Below, piece by piece: positions 1 to 12,552 of a stretch of DNA of 64,000 nucleotides. A program made the translations under genes and the position numbers. Positions within the stretch are counted from its first letter, which is position 1, and each line of letters opens with the position of its first letter. The notes beneath the pieces are model-generated. The model had not been told where the DNA came from, did no database searches, and saw only the letters and a list, made by a program, of their open reading frames with translations. Origin of the DNA: Eledone cirrhosa (taxonomy: Eukaryota); contig OZ024741.1 of the NCBI GenBank assembly GCA_964016885.1, positions 328,476,001-328,540,000 on the forward strand, in the 5' to 3' direction.

Positions 1-2319
1 TTAGGTGGTTTGTACAAAGTCGCGCTACCTATCACTTCCCATTTGAGTGTGTAAGGTTTATTTTTAGTTTTTAGATAGTGTATGTAGCTAGATAGTGAGG
101 TGGAGTTGGCTAGACTGTGCTTTTTGAACGAGTGGAGGTGCGAATTATATCTGATTTTGAAGCAGTTAGAAGTGGAGCCTACATACGTTTCTGAAGAGTT
201 TCTAGTTGTGACGGTGCATGAGTATATGATATCCTTGGTTAGGCATTTTTTATCTAAAGGGCAGGTTCTATTAGCTCTACAGTTACGATTATCCTGTGTG
301 TTAGTCTGCTGGTTATAATGCAGTGCAGAAGTCTGGGTGGTAGCTATAGGATTTTGGACATTCGGGTTGTCAACCCCGGTGTTATTTCTTATACTAGTGT
401 TATTTCTATTGTTACTGCCGTTACTATGGTTGCTTGCTACAGAGGTATTTAGAAGGTTTACATCCTGTTGTGATTTCGTTTGTTGGAAGTAAGAATTAAT
501 TTTACTTTTATTGCTGCTAGCTATGTGGTATGCTAAGTTAGGCGTCGTAGAGTATGAGATTTTAATAGTGTTTTTGTTTAAAAGGTTGTGGTACTTGTGT
601 CCTAGAGGGAAGTTTTTATCTAGTAGTGAGAAGAAAGCCCTAGGTATGTTGGTGGAGACATTTAGGTTGAAAGGAGGGTTGACAAATGTATTATTTCTTC
701 TTCTATTTTTGTTTTTAGTGTTTGGTGTGTTGTTTCTTCCTAAGGCACTACGGTAGTTTCCGTGGTAATGGTTACTTCCGGTGGCACCCTCCGCTTTGGT
801 GTACTTGTGGTTGCTATTCCTATTATTAGGTTTCTTCATGGACATGTTGTGCGAGATGATGTTGTAGCTATGTGTTTTCTTAGGTAGGAATTCGATTTCT
901 ATATTATGGCCGGATCTAGCTAATGCTTGATTGTAATATTGTGAGTTTTTGCTAAATATGTTTGCGTCATAGGATAGATTAGAGATTCTATTGGATACCC
1001 CCTTAGAGATAGAGTTTAATATTGATCTAGGGTGATTAGACTTGGTATCTACGTAAATGAGTTTTTCGTTAGGCTGATGGAAAGGTGTATATATTTTTGA
1101 GTCTGGGTATAGTGTGGCGTCTAGGAAGTTAACATTTTTAGTGTTTTTGTCTATGGTGATACTAAGGTTAAAGTTTATGAATGTCTTGTGCAATAGTTTT
1201 CTAGTTCTTTCTATATTAAATTTTTTTATATTCTATAAGTAGAAGTGCATCATCGCGGTACAAACCACCGTTGAGGTAAGGGAGGTCCTTATGGATTTCA
1301 TTAAGAAGGTATAGGCCGACCAAATCAGTGACCTGCGCCGAGTAACTAGATCCATGGTTATGTCGAAGTTGTTGTGCGTATCCTTGCGTGTCCATAGTTA
1401 GTCCTCGAAGGTGATTATGGTTTTACAGGCCGCAAGGATGACATCAATCTAGGCTCTAGTCAGGTCGCTATTGTTCATGGCCATGATTAGTGCCTTGTTT
1501 AATAGGATAGGGGAAATAGAGGTGTAGTATGATTTGATATCAAATTGAATAAATTGTTTGTCCTTATTATTCTTGATATCTTTGAACCATTCAATCACTT
1601 CACCCGTATTTCCCCATTGTTTAAGGTGTATCTTGTGTTTAATCTGTGGAATGATTTTATCTAAAATTTTCTTGCTGATAATACCAATGTCGGACTTGGA
1701 AGGGCAGATAAGTCTTATCGAGGGGTTGCTGATGAAGTCCTCCTTATGCTCCTTCAGAGAGAATCTAGGGGGGGTTTGGGGTGAATGGTTGTGTATGCCT
1801 CTGAAGTCCTAGTTTAGACACTATATTATATCCCTCTATATTAATGTCTTCTAAGTTTTTCAAGGTGGTCTCCTTGTAGCTTTTATGTAGTTCATTATAT
1901 ATAAACTTTCTATAAGTATTATAATCTAGGCTGTATATGTTATTAATTTTATCTGCTTGTACAATAATTTTATTACTAGTTTTGAATCCATTAATAGAGG
2001 TGTTAAGTTTGTTTAAGAAGGTGTTGCTTCTATTATGGTGCTTATTGTATTTAATGTTCTTAACTAGTTTAACTAGGTCATTTTCAAAGGAGTTAAGTAG
2101 TGTGTTATGAGGGGGGCTTTTAAAGGTTTTAAAGCCGAAGGAGTCAAATTTGTTAGTATTATTCACATTGTTAGATCTGTTTCTATCATAATGGAATGTC
2201 CTCCATCTCACTCTATCGATAAATAAATTTACACTGTTGATCAGCAATTTCTCATATGTATTCCTCGATGGTATTGGTATGTTCTTGGTTGACATGGGGA
2301 GTTGGTCTTTAATTAGCAT
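1..2319 (-). pseudogene. Penelope-like element RT + C-terminal GIY-YIG endonuclease, decayed (PLE copy 1; continues beyond window start)
   Basis: Minus-strand translation gives N-terminal KNIPIPS..RVRWR (ORF 1765-2319), IRLICPSKSDIG, FIQFDIKSYY, FDITMG, GLYRDDALL (~1245-1265), VNFLD, SNHP, linker RNCRANRTCPLDKKCL, and IIY..YVGST..FKIRYNSH..LKW. Several stops and frameshifts. Confidence 0.92.
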
Positions 2320-2573
2320 ATTGGTAATATTATCTGTCAGCTCAACAATATGGACCAGTTAATAGTATTAATTATACTATTTATGGTTATGTAAATACAA
2401 AAACCTTTTGCAGTTATATATATTTTTTTATACAAACCCTAAATAGTGGTAGGCAGTAATATATTACTACCTTATTACCAGTAAGTTAAGTAGCTCAATA
2501 TAAAAACATCAGATGATTTACAGAGCAGTTATATGAAATATAAGAATCAAAGAACTGTTCAAAACATTTTTGT

Positions 2574-2618
2574 GCTTACAACTGTTTCCTCCAAACCGAG
2601 GTTTGGATTCTTGGGAGC
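2574..2618 (-). ncRNA. Hammerhead-shaped motif with degenerate core in the upstream (pLTR-like) region of PLE copy 1
   Basis: Minus strand: GCU-CCCAAGA-A-UCCAAACC(uc)GGUUUGGA-G-GAAA-CAGUUG-UA-AGC. Stem I GCU/AGC, GUA triplet, core differs from CUGANGA. Confidence 0.5.
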
Positions 2619-4067
2619 AATTTATTAATGAATGAACACTTATATGACTTCCTTTTCACCCAAGGGACATACAGATACATATGCAAATATTGTGGGTCAA
2701 CATTCATTACAGCATTTAGAGTTGCAGTACACACTTAGAGATTACATTCATATTAAAAGATACAATCAAAAATACAGGTTAAAATACAACATGAAAATAA
2801 GCGGTTATATAGTGCAAATGTTATATGTGTGGCAAGCACGTGCGTCTTGTTTATATAGTGTGGCAGAGAGTTACGTGTAGTAGAAGCACTTAGGTAGGTA
2901 AACAAGAGTTTTAGGTCGGTTGATCTGGTGGAAAATTCTTTATATGCTTGTTATACTCTGTGTGTGGAGAAATGATATAAGCATTAAAGATAGTGCAAAC
3001 ATTAAAAATATTAAAAATATTGGAAATGCACAGCGAAGGGATGTTATGGACTTCATGTACTTTGACATTTTCATAGTCAGGGAAGTGTATTTTTCAGATT
3101 ATATGCCCCTCACATAATCCACGACAATTCGATATTGAACGTTTGACAATCCAGTTAGAGAATCGTAGTTTGATGTTCTTTAGTTCAATACAGGAGGATG
3201 TTACGTTTCGAGAATTGACATTGAATACTACCCGGAAGTGTGTGTGTGGCTAAGGGGAGTTAATGCATGAGGGGAGGTAACTCCGAGGTTTCTACTACTA
3301 ACTATTGAAATATGTCTCAAAATAGACCCTAATTTCTATGGTTATGCGTAACTTCTGAAACATTTCTAAAGCATAAAGTGTTTTAACTATAGAGTAGTCT
3401 ATTAGGTTGTGCTGAAGGTGTTCGTATTATTATGGTGAATTAACCCCCATCGTAGAGTGCCACAAATGAATATTATAGACGACGAGCGAGGATTCTAAAT
3501 TAATGATCTCTGTGGTTGTAATCTACTCATAGGACCAGACGCGGTGATTGCAGAATCACTTCAACACACAATGATCTCTGGTAAGTTCTGGGTCATCGCT
3601 TGCTACATTGGATGTCGAAAGATAATCATCACCAGGGCCGACCAGAGGTCAATCCGCAGTCCTCATGACCCCACTCTGACCATCAAATCATCCATATATG
3701 TACAACCCGCACGCCAGTTGCAATACATTCATTCTCTGCACTCAGCGTACCGGTCATACTGCTCAACAGTGTTACTAGATTAAATCGTTTTTCATCTGTC
3801 CAAGGAAGGTACTTCCTCCGCACAACACTAACAAGCCAATCAATTCATGCTTAAATTATCTATAGAGTGGTGTAGTGCAGTTCAAGTGGGTGGATGTTGT
3901 CACACCTAACGTAGAGGTATAAATGGGTATTCGCCCTGCGAAGGGTTCTAGAGGGATGTCGCTGTTTGTGTTATATTAGATCAGTTAGTGTTGGGTATGT
4001 GGTATAAGGTGTGCCCCTGGTGTTTGATGCTAGAGGTGGTGTTTGGTAATTAATACATATATGTATG

Positions 4068-4142
<75 letters not shown>

Positions 4143-4199
4143 GTGTGTGTGTGTGTATGTTTGTGTGCGCGCGCGCGCGTCTGTGTGTGTGTGTGTGTG

Positions 4200-4510
4200 T
4201 GTAAAAGGTAAACAGAAATAACAACACGAACGGTACAGTATATGGAAGGTATATATTAGGTTAACGCTTGATATAGCAGGAAGAGGGTCTTAACGTTTCG
4301 GACGCTAGTCCTTCATCAGAAGAAGGAATGAAGAATAAAATAGATTAAGGGGACGGGCGGGATGGAATTGGAAAAAATGTCTTTAGATAAAAAATACTAG
4401 GTCCATTCATGTTGACAACTGTTGGTTTTGTGTATGATTTGAATTTTAGAAAAGTGGATGATGGCGCGCGTCTACCTGAAATGGAAAAAAATGAGGTATA
4501 CTTGAGCACG
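4200..4510 (-). mobile_element. Repeat family A: PLE pseudo-LTR-like / retrozyme-like non-coding element carrying a hammerhead
   Basis: Near-identical copies at ~21170-21520, 26614-26775 and 26892-27152. All end (sense) at TTCTGTTTAC(C/T)TTTTAC next to an (AC)/(AT) microsatellite. Confidence 0.75.
4288..4323 (-). ncRNA. Minimal type I hammerhead ribozyme motif (family A)
   Basis: UCUU-CUGAUGA-A-GGAC(uagc)GUCC-GAAA-CG-UU-AAGA. Canonical core and palindromic AACGUU in place of stem III, as described for PLE hammerheads. Confidence 0.75.
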
Positions 4511-4823
4511 TGCGCGCGCACGTGTGTGTGTGTGTTTGTGTGTGTGTGTTATTATAGGTCCGTACGAAGCTAAGAAGAGATATGTGTGTATATGTGAGTA
4601 AAAGAGTGTGTGTGCATGTAAGTACGAAGCTATGAGCAAAGAGAAAGCGACAGGAATCTAGGGGTGTGGTAATGGACAGAGTATTATAGAAATTGGGGAG
4701 GTGAGTTGAGTCCAAGACGGGAATAGAACCCCTGACGGTGAATCAGACTTTTTTCAGTCCTAGTGCGCGAGGCCTGCGATCCATGATGTAAAAGGACACC
4801 CAGGACTGAAAGATGTAGGGAAG

Positions 4824-6422
4824 ATGACCAGGAGAACAGAAATTACGGGCGACAGGAGTATCCAAAACGAGTCGTATATACACCAACAGCAAATTACAGA
4901 AAGATATAAAAAACTACTGGACGACCTTAAAAACACCAAAGGAATTGTAGTAAAAGCGGACAAAACATCAAACCTGTACACTATGGATTGCACTACATAC
5001 AACAACTTCATTCGAAAAGAATTACATAAAAAATATAGAAAAACGAGTGAAGTAACCCTTAAGCACATCAATGATGAGGCATGCGAAATAGTGAAAAATC
5101 TCGGAATCGAAGATAGGACAGGACCACTCTTACCTGCGGTACCCACCTTCAATCTTAAGGACCACAAGGTAAACTTTGATAATGACCCTAAAATTAGATT
5201 AATCTGCCCCTCTAAATCAGATATAGGTAAAATAAGCAAATATATCTTAGATAGAATCATCCCCCAAATTAAGTCTAAGGTTAACATTAAACTCTGGGGG
5301 AAGACCCAAGAAGCAATAAGATGGTTTAATAGCATTAGCAATAAGAATAAATCTAAGTTTATCCAGTTTGATATCGATGAATATTACTCATCGATATCAC
5401 CTGAAACTTTGAATAGAGCCATTAAGTTTGCTAAGGATAACTCTGACCTTACAAACGATGAAATTAAGATTATATTAGAAGCTAGGAAAACTATAGTCAA
5501 ATTTGAGAACAGTTATTGGGTACGTAAAGATAGACCCTCTAACTTTGACATAACAATGGGCTCTAACGATTCGGCGGAAATAACTGATATTGTGGGGTCA
5601 TTTATCTCCTTTAGACTCCAGGAAAAATTCAGCGGAATATACCGCGACGATGTTCTCCTCCTAGCTAAAAACCTTAATAACCAAAAACTAGAAAATCTAC
5701 GCAAAGATATAAGAAAACTACTACTCGAAATAGGACTAACTATAACATATGAATACAACCTTAAAGTAGTTAACTTCCTGGATGTCACACTCAATTTAAA
5801 CTCTGGTTTGATTAAACCGTTTCATAAATTGAATGAAAATCTCAAATACGTAAATGTTGGGTCTAACCACCCCATCTCTATAATTAAATCTATCCCTAAA
5901 AATATTTCCCTTAGAATCTCGGGTCTATCTTCTAACATACAAGTATTTAAGGAACACGCCGAGTACTACGATAACGCCCTTAGTAAAGCAGGCTACCTCA
6001 ACAAAATAGAGTACATAGATGGGAACAATCAAAACACCCAAAATAAATCCCACATAGGTAGATATAATAACACAACACCAAACCACACTTACTATCATAG
6101 TATGCACACCAGTAAACCAACAAACAAAACTAATAGAAAGCGATGCAAAGAGTACTTATGGTATAACCCCGAATACAATAGTTCCATTAGTACAAATTTA
6201 CCAGTACTCTTCTTTAAAATAATTAAAAGACATTTTCCCACATCACACAAATACCACAAAATCCTAAACCCTACCACTATAAGACTGTCATACTCTACAG
6301 CGTTAAACCTTGAACAACACATAAAAAAGATCAATACTAGAAGGTTAAACGAAAACACTAAGAACTTAAGTACAAAGAACACAAAAAAAAACAGTAGACA
6401 ATACACTACAGAACATAAATAA
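4824..6422 (+). CDS. Penelope-like element reverse transcriptase (532 aa open frame)
   Basis: KADKT, LKDHK, IRLICPSKSDIGK, FIQFDIDEYY, FDITMGS, GIYRDDVLL, VNFLDVTL, SNHP, LWYNP, IRLSYS. Confidence 0.92.
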   Translation: MTRRTEITGDRSIQNESYIHQQQITERYKKLLDDLKNTKGIVVKADKTSNLYTMDCTTYNNFIRKELHKKYRKTSEVTLKHINDEACEIVKNLGIEDRTGPLLPAVPTFNLKDHKVNFDNDPKIRLICPSKSDIGKISKYILDRIIPQIKSKVNIKLWGKTQEAIRWFNSISNKNKSKFIQFDIDEYYSSISPETLNRAIKFAKDNSDLTNDEIKIILEARKTIVKFENSYWVRKDRPSNFDITMGSNDSAEITDIVGSFISFRLQEKFSGIYRDDVLLLAKNLNNQKLENLRKDIRKLLLEIGLTITYEYNLKVVNFLDVTLNLNSGLIKPFHKLNENLKYVNVGSNHPISIIKSIPKNISLRISGLSSNIQVFKEHAEYYDNALSKAGYLNKIEYIDGNNQNTQNKSHIGRYNNTTPNHTYYHSMHTSKPTNKTNRKRCKEYLWYNPEYNSSISTNLPVLFFKIIKRHFPTSHKYHKILNPTTIRLSYSTALNLEQHIKKINTRRLNENTKNLSTKNTKKNSRQYTTEHK

Positions 6423-6909
6423 ACCACACCTAAGTTCGTCCGCAATACTACTCCAGAGAAAACCCAACGTACACAACTGTAACTGCACCTATCCTGACAA
6501 CTGCCCCCTCGGCAATAACTGCCTGGAAAAAAATATTATTTATAAGTGTACCATTAAATCCGGAGGCAACGAGTGGTATTACGTGGGATCAACGGCAACA
6601 TCGTTTAAATCTCGATTGTATAGGCATTCTTACTCAATAAAACACCAGAGCCAAAGAAATGTAACAACTTTAGCAGAAAAAGCTTGGACGCTCAGGGATA
6701 GCGATCAGAAGTTTACCCTAAAATGGGAAAAATTAGCTAAAACCCAAAGCTTTTCCAGGAGCCAAAATTTCTACAAATTGTGTAATCTTGAGATTTATTA
6801 CATAATCACACACAAGAAGAAACTGCTGAATAACAGAATTGAACGAACATTATTCTGCCGTCACAGAACTAAAACCCTTTTTTCCCACTACAAGCCGAAT
6901 ATTACATAA
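6391..6909 (+). CDS. PLE CxC-x5-C linker and GIY-YIG endonuclease (continuation of the RT after a 1-nt frameshift)
   Basis: Open frame reads NCNCTYPDNCPLGNNCLEKNIIYKCTI..YYVGSTATSFKSRLYRH..LKWE..KLCNLE..LLNNR..CRHR. The frame switch can be placed in the A9 run at 6383-6391. Confidence 0.88.
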   Translation, partial: TVDNTLQNINKPHLSSSAILLQRKPNVHNCNCTYPDNCPLGNNCLEKNIIYKCTIKSGGNEWYYVGSTATSFKSRLYRHSYSIKHQSQRNVTTLAEKAWTLRDSDQKFTLKWEKLAKTQSFSRSQNFYKLCNLEIYYIITHKKKLLNNRIERTLFCRHRTKTLFSHYKPNIT

Positions 6910-7176
6910 AAGAGGGACATCCCCCAACTATATAAACCTTAATCTAGTTAGAAAAATATAAAAACAATCTCTTCTCAACATATATTAATAACCTTAAATT
7001 ACCACACTAATAATGGAAAGATATGCTGATGAGAATAGGTACAAATATGCGATAATGAATGTGTCTAAAAACGTCCATAAGTATGTATATATATGTGAAA
7101 ATGTATATAAATAAGTAAATATATATATATGTTTGATGTGTATAGTTAGATGTAAGTGTATTCATGTATTAAAGTG

Positions 7177-7245
<69 letters not shown>

Positions 7246-7798
7246 GTGTATATGGATGTGTATGTATGTGTATGTGTGTACACATGGACTAGAGTATGTA
7301 TGTATATATGTGTGTGTCTATACGTGTGTATATAAAGATAAGTTGAGTATGAAAATGTATACACAAGAGCGCGTATGTATGTACATGAATACATGTGTGT
7401 ATATATATGTGTATACATGTGTATATATATGTAAGTATGAATATGTGAATTGTGAGTATATGTATTTTGTAGAGGTGTGCAAATATATTTGTGTGTGAAT
7501 GCGTGGGTGAAAGGATACGTACACTTGAAAGAAAAATTTAAGTCTGAATGTTAATTAAGTGCAAACACAAAACCAACCACGCATATCTTTACTATCTCTA
7601 ATCCTTCTATAGATTTAGAAAAATAACCAATAATATATTCTATAAAAAATGTCAAAACAACAGATGGGAATCTAATTACTCACTGCCACCAAGAATTCTC
7701 ACTGCTATCGAAAAACCACTCCTTCAACTATTCTTCTAACAACTTCACCCCTCCCTCCTAATATTCTCTATAAAAACTAAATAGGTCCTCAGTAATAT

Positions 7799-7844
7799 TA
7801 TTCTGATGAAATGACAGTAAATAATAACATTGAAATATTGAATG
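7799..7844 (+). ncRNA. Degenerate hammerhead motif in the 3' region of PLE copy 2
   Basis: UAUU-CUGAUGA-AAUG(14 nt)CAUU-GAAA-UAU-UG-AAUG. Canonical core, palindromic AAUAUU, non-cleavable G at position 17 in this register. Confidence 0.45.
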
Positions 7845-7954
7845 TCTGCATAACTAAAAGTTTGTAGATAGCAGCTGTTTTAGGTTATGTAACTGTTATA
7901 GAAACACGTGTCAATAAATTCCTTTCAACTAAACTGTATCCATTCAAATCTTTC

Positions 7955-8106
<152 letters not shown>

Positions 8107-8279
8107 TCTGTGTGTGTCTGTGTGTGTGTGTGTTTGTGTGTGTGTGTCTGTGTGTATATATATATATATATATAATGTTGTAGGTTGCTTGAATGCTTGA
8201 AACATTATATGTAATATATATCGTTGACAGAGATAGAAGGCTAAACAATGCAACATGGACTGTAAGATGAGGTAACGAA

Positions 8280-8810
8280 AAGTAAATTATCTGGTAATCT
8301 TTGTTTTTTTTCGCTGTTGTTCTTTTTTTTTCTGCCCAATATTTCGCGACTTAAAAGTCCCTTCTTCGGCGTTTAAGTAACTTTCAGTGGATAATGTTCC
8401 AATTTCTTGTCTGTGGGATTAAATTTTGATTTTCATTTAAACTATTTCTAAGTCGTTTTCAAGCGTTGTTTTTATGGTTATTACGCTTTTCTCGAGAATG
8501 ACGTCAATTGCCAATATAGTATTTCGTGAAATCAATTTTCTTTTTTTTTAATGAGAGGTTTAGTTTGTGTGCCTGTGGGTGTGTCTTTTTATTTCAAGTA
8601 CTCTGTGCTGAGTTCTAATCTATTATTTATTTGCAGGTTGACTCTACGTATGAGCAAGGATTCTTTAATTCTTAACTTGCCTACATTTCTATCACTGGCT
8701 TTAATAGTAACGGTAATAAGTTGGTTGATGTTTCTACATTTGTCAATGTCTTTTTTTAATGTGGATGCGTGTGTGTTGAGGTGTTCTCTAATGCGAGTTG
8801 TTTAATCAAG
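8280..8810 (-). mobile_element. 3' fragment of a different (Penelope/Poseidon-like) PLE: GIY-YIG C-terminus and 3' region
   Basis: Minus translation TTRIREHLNTHASTLKKDIDKC..VTIKASDRNVGKLRIKESLLIRR..INNRLE. Hammerhead-like CCGAAGA..GACU(uuua)AGUC..GAAA at ~8334-8371. Confidence 0.65.
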
Positions 8811-8977
8811 AGCTACGAAATTTAGTAGATAAATTACATAATATTCATACATGATATATTCATGTATGAAGATTTTAATAACGTGTTCAGAAAAAGAATC
8901 CCTGACACAGTGTCCCAGTTCTCCAACCATTATATATTAGATATATAATCATATATTATATATTAAGGGTGGGGGAT

Positions 8978-9160
8978 TTGGCAGTATCAGTAGAAGGGCG
9001 TACGCCATGCTTCGCAGCATAGAGTTACGCCCCTTTATGGTCTGAGTTCAAGACCCGCCGAGGTTCACTTTGCCTTTCATCCTTTCTGGGTCGATAAAAT
9101 AAAGTACCAGTAATGTACTGGGATAATTGCTGGCCTTGTTCCAAAAGTAGAAACAATTAT
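8978..9160 (+). mobile_element. tRNA-derived SINE, family S1
   Basis: A-box-like TGGCAGTATCAG, B-box-like GAGTTCAAGACC, conserved body CTTTGCCTTTCATCCTT..GGGTCGATAAAATAAAGTACCAG. Multiple copies in the window. Confidence 0.85.
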
Positions 9161-9786
9161 ATATTAGATATATATATATATATATTAGGAATTTATCGGA
9201 GTCTTATTTGTAGGAACATTACATGTGTTGAATTATCTTCTATATCCCGATCAACACACAATGGTAGAAGAAATTAATTAAATTATTCAAAGCGACAATT
9301 AATTAATTTTTCATATTTGAAAGGTCTGGGTACAGAAGGTTAAATCCCTATATGAACTTCACACACGACAGAACATAAATATCCAGGAAAAGGAAACAAT
9401 TATTATACAGTAACGGGATTTAATACTCCATGCTACATATGTGGTTAAAAGTATAACTGCACATTTGCTGCAAATGCATAAGCAAGGGTCTGGAGTATAG
9501 TTATCAGCAGACAATTGCCCCATGACTTGTATAGATGTTAATAACGTGAAAAATCCGATACTAATAAATTAGTTTAGTAGTCGTGATAATTACATGAGGC
9601 TATGGCGTTTTCATTTCACGTTTGAAAAAAGGGTAATAGCTCCCGAAAAATCATGTTGAAATGTACTGGGTAAAACATTATTTTATTTCATGTGTCATCC
9701 TTTGGCTTTGGTATACTTCTACCGTATTGGACCAGGTTTTTTAACCTTACCAATCACTTGTTACAGGCACACAGACACGCACGCAT

Positions 9787-9859
<73 letters not shown>

Positions 9860-9871
9860 GAGAGAGATAGA

Positions 9872-9919
<48 letters not shown>

Positions 9920-9999
9920 GAGAGAAAGAGAAGTAGAAAACTTGATGGAAATATCCGTAGTAGTAGAGCACTCAGTCCATGGGAAGAATTAGGTAGAAA

Positions 10000-10076
10000 T
10001 GGTAACACAACAGTTTGTTCACCGTACCGAAAACAAATCTTGTTCTCGGTATGTTGAACTAACTGTTGTGTTACCA
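10000..10076. repeat. Imperfect 77-nt palindrome / hairpin
   Basis: TGGTAACACAACAGTT...AACTGTTGTGTTACCA with inner pairing GTTCA/TGAAC and TACCGA/TCGGTA. The right arm recurs at ~13145-13190. Confidence 0.8.
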
Positions 10077-10089
10077 CTTCAATATTTAT

Positions 10090-10457
10090 ATATATATATA
10101 GTATAAATAAACGAAAAATCAGTGATGCATCTGGACGCAGTTTATTGCGTGTTACAATTGTTTCGCCGGCAGGTAGCTCGAGACATGATCACTGTATGGA
10201 TTTGGCTGATTCTACGGCTGCAGGTTCCTTCGGACACAGGCAGTTCATTCGGAGTAAATTTTCTCACTGGGGTGTTATCGTCAAATAACACCTTCAAAAA
10301 ACAGTTTCCACTCTTGTCATGCCATTGGCTGTTTTTCCTCTACGGCATCTTAAGTTTTGGTCACTGTTTACTGCTACACGGGTCATCAGCCATTTTCCGT
10401 CCGACACACTTCAATGGAGCCCTGCTGGGTTCGGTATCTCACACGTCTGTTCACACT
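10090..10457 (-). mobile_element. Repeat family B (pLTR-like), left arm of an inverted pair
   Basis: Reverse complement of ~12553-12908 with scattered substitutions. Carries a hammerhead-shaped motif at 10150-10185. Confidence 0.8.
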
Positions 10458-10459
10458 CC

Positions 10460-11628
10460 AGAGTATGTACCCACATATACACACATATACACACACACGT
10501 GCAGGCACACACACATGCATACACATATGTACGCATACATGTGTAGACACACATACCCATGCACATATATACACGCACACACTATCCCTCTCTTGCACAA
10601 ACCCAGGCACATCCACATCCAGATACCGACCGCCACAAGCCTATTGGCGCCTGCCTAAATAGTGCCATACATCCAGTCTCACACGCACACATACGCGCAC
10701 ACACGCGCAGACACACACGTCCACGCATACAAAGACACATATCGGCGTTCCGGCACATCAGCACATATATACACAAACACTCTCAGACACATACATGGAT
10801 ACACACGCACATACACGCATATCCTTATTGATAGGCATCAGGGACAGACACACTTCCAACGACATAAGCACACATAATCACATATACACACACTTGTACA
10901 TATATCTACACACAATTACATGTACCCGCCTATAAACACATAGACAAACCCTATCCTATGTGGATGTACGTACGCGCCCACACACACACACACCCACTGG
11001 CAGATACTCACACCATCTATATATATATATTTATATATGTGTATGTACATAGACACACACACATATACACACGCATGCAGACACACACGTATACACATAT
11101 ACATATATGTATACGCACGGATACATACACATACACATGTATACACGCACATACACATACATACTTATACGCACATATGTCCATATGTGTACAGACACCC
11201 ACGCAAACATACACATATACGAGCGCACATATACCTACGCACAACCTTATATACATATACATATGTATATATATACACACACAGACATACATAGAAAATA
11301 CACATACGTACACCTAACTACATACACACATACAGACACACACTTATATATAAGAAACTCTACATGCATACGCACACCCACATATATACATACATATATG
11401 CATGCACACATATATACATGTACATACTTATACATACGCACACGGACGGCCACATGAACACACATGCACATATGCATATTTTCTTACACACACATGCTTC
11501 CACATATATATATATATATAAACAAAACAGTAAAATAAATATACAATATATGATAAAAAATACAATATACAATAAAATAACAATAAAATAACATAACATA
11601 AAATAACAATATAGTATACTATATAATA

Positions 11629-11689
<61 letters not shown>

Positions 11690-12160
11690 GCATACATATA
11701 TATATACAATGGATATATGATAAAATAATACATACTGAAATGAATATATAATCCATCCGTACATATTTCTGTGAGATGTATATATATATATACACATAAA
11801 TACACATACATATAGAGACCCACATATACATACATACGCACACACACATATATGTATATACATACGCACCCACATACACACACATACTCATACACAGCTA
11901 TACATATATATATACATATAAATATATACACACAGCCACATATTTACATACATGTACATGCATGCACACACACACGTATAAGCTAATGCATATACCTACA
12001 CATGCACATACACACCCCCATACACACACACGTATATATATATCTCTACGTACACACACACATACATATACATACGCACAGGTCTACACATAAAAACACA
12101 CATATATACACAATAAGATAATAAAATAAAATAAATAAATATACAATATGTTAAAATACA
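10460..12160. repeat. Degenerate (CA)/(TA)-rich microsatellite block
   Basis: Alternating purine-pyrimidine runs. All overlapping ORFs are low-complexity H/T/Y/I/C/V translations. Confidence 0.9.
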
Positions 12161-12552
12161 TTAAAATCTGTATGTAACTTCACAAAGAGATAAATACAGA
12201 AGGGGGGAGGTACAGGAGAAGGTGCGTGTACCCATGTGATATACTACACACAGGTAGTATGAGGTGCAAACATAGGTCCGTATATGGAACAAGTAACAAT
12301 AACAAAACAATAATAACAGTAATAATAATTGTTCCAAAGTGGAACATGTGGGGAGTATATATTCACGATCGAGGGGTACACATTCAAGGGGACGCTTGGC
12401 CCGGTCACCAGGGGGTATGCCACCGTGGTTGGGGTGTGCTGTTCTATATGTTTGGGGTATTTGACTGGATGACCGTGGACTCCGTGTTAGCCGGTCCCGG
12501 CATAGGTGATGTACCAACCCAATGTTGCGTTCTCGGTCCCGTGTGCACACCG

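Larger units (their letters stand above)
4700..7953 (+). mobile_element. 5'-truncated Penelope-like element (PLE copy 2): RT, GIY-YIG nuclease and 3' region; boundaries approximate
   Basis: Contains the RT ORF 4824-6422, the EN frame 6391-6909 and a downstream CTGATGA..GAAA motif at ~7799-7844. Ends at a (TA)n/(TG)n tract. Confidence 0.8.

Noticed and set aside
8978-9070. tRNA gene (A and B boxes)
   Set aside because: No complete cloverleaf; it continues into a repeated SINE body. The same applies to 50272-50345.
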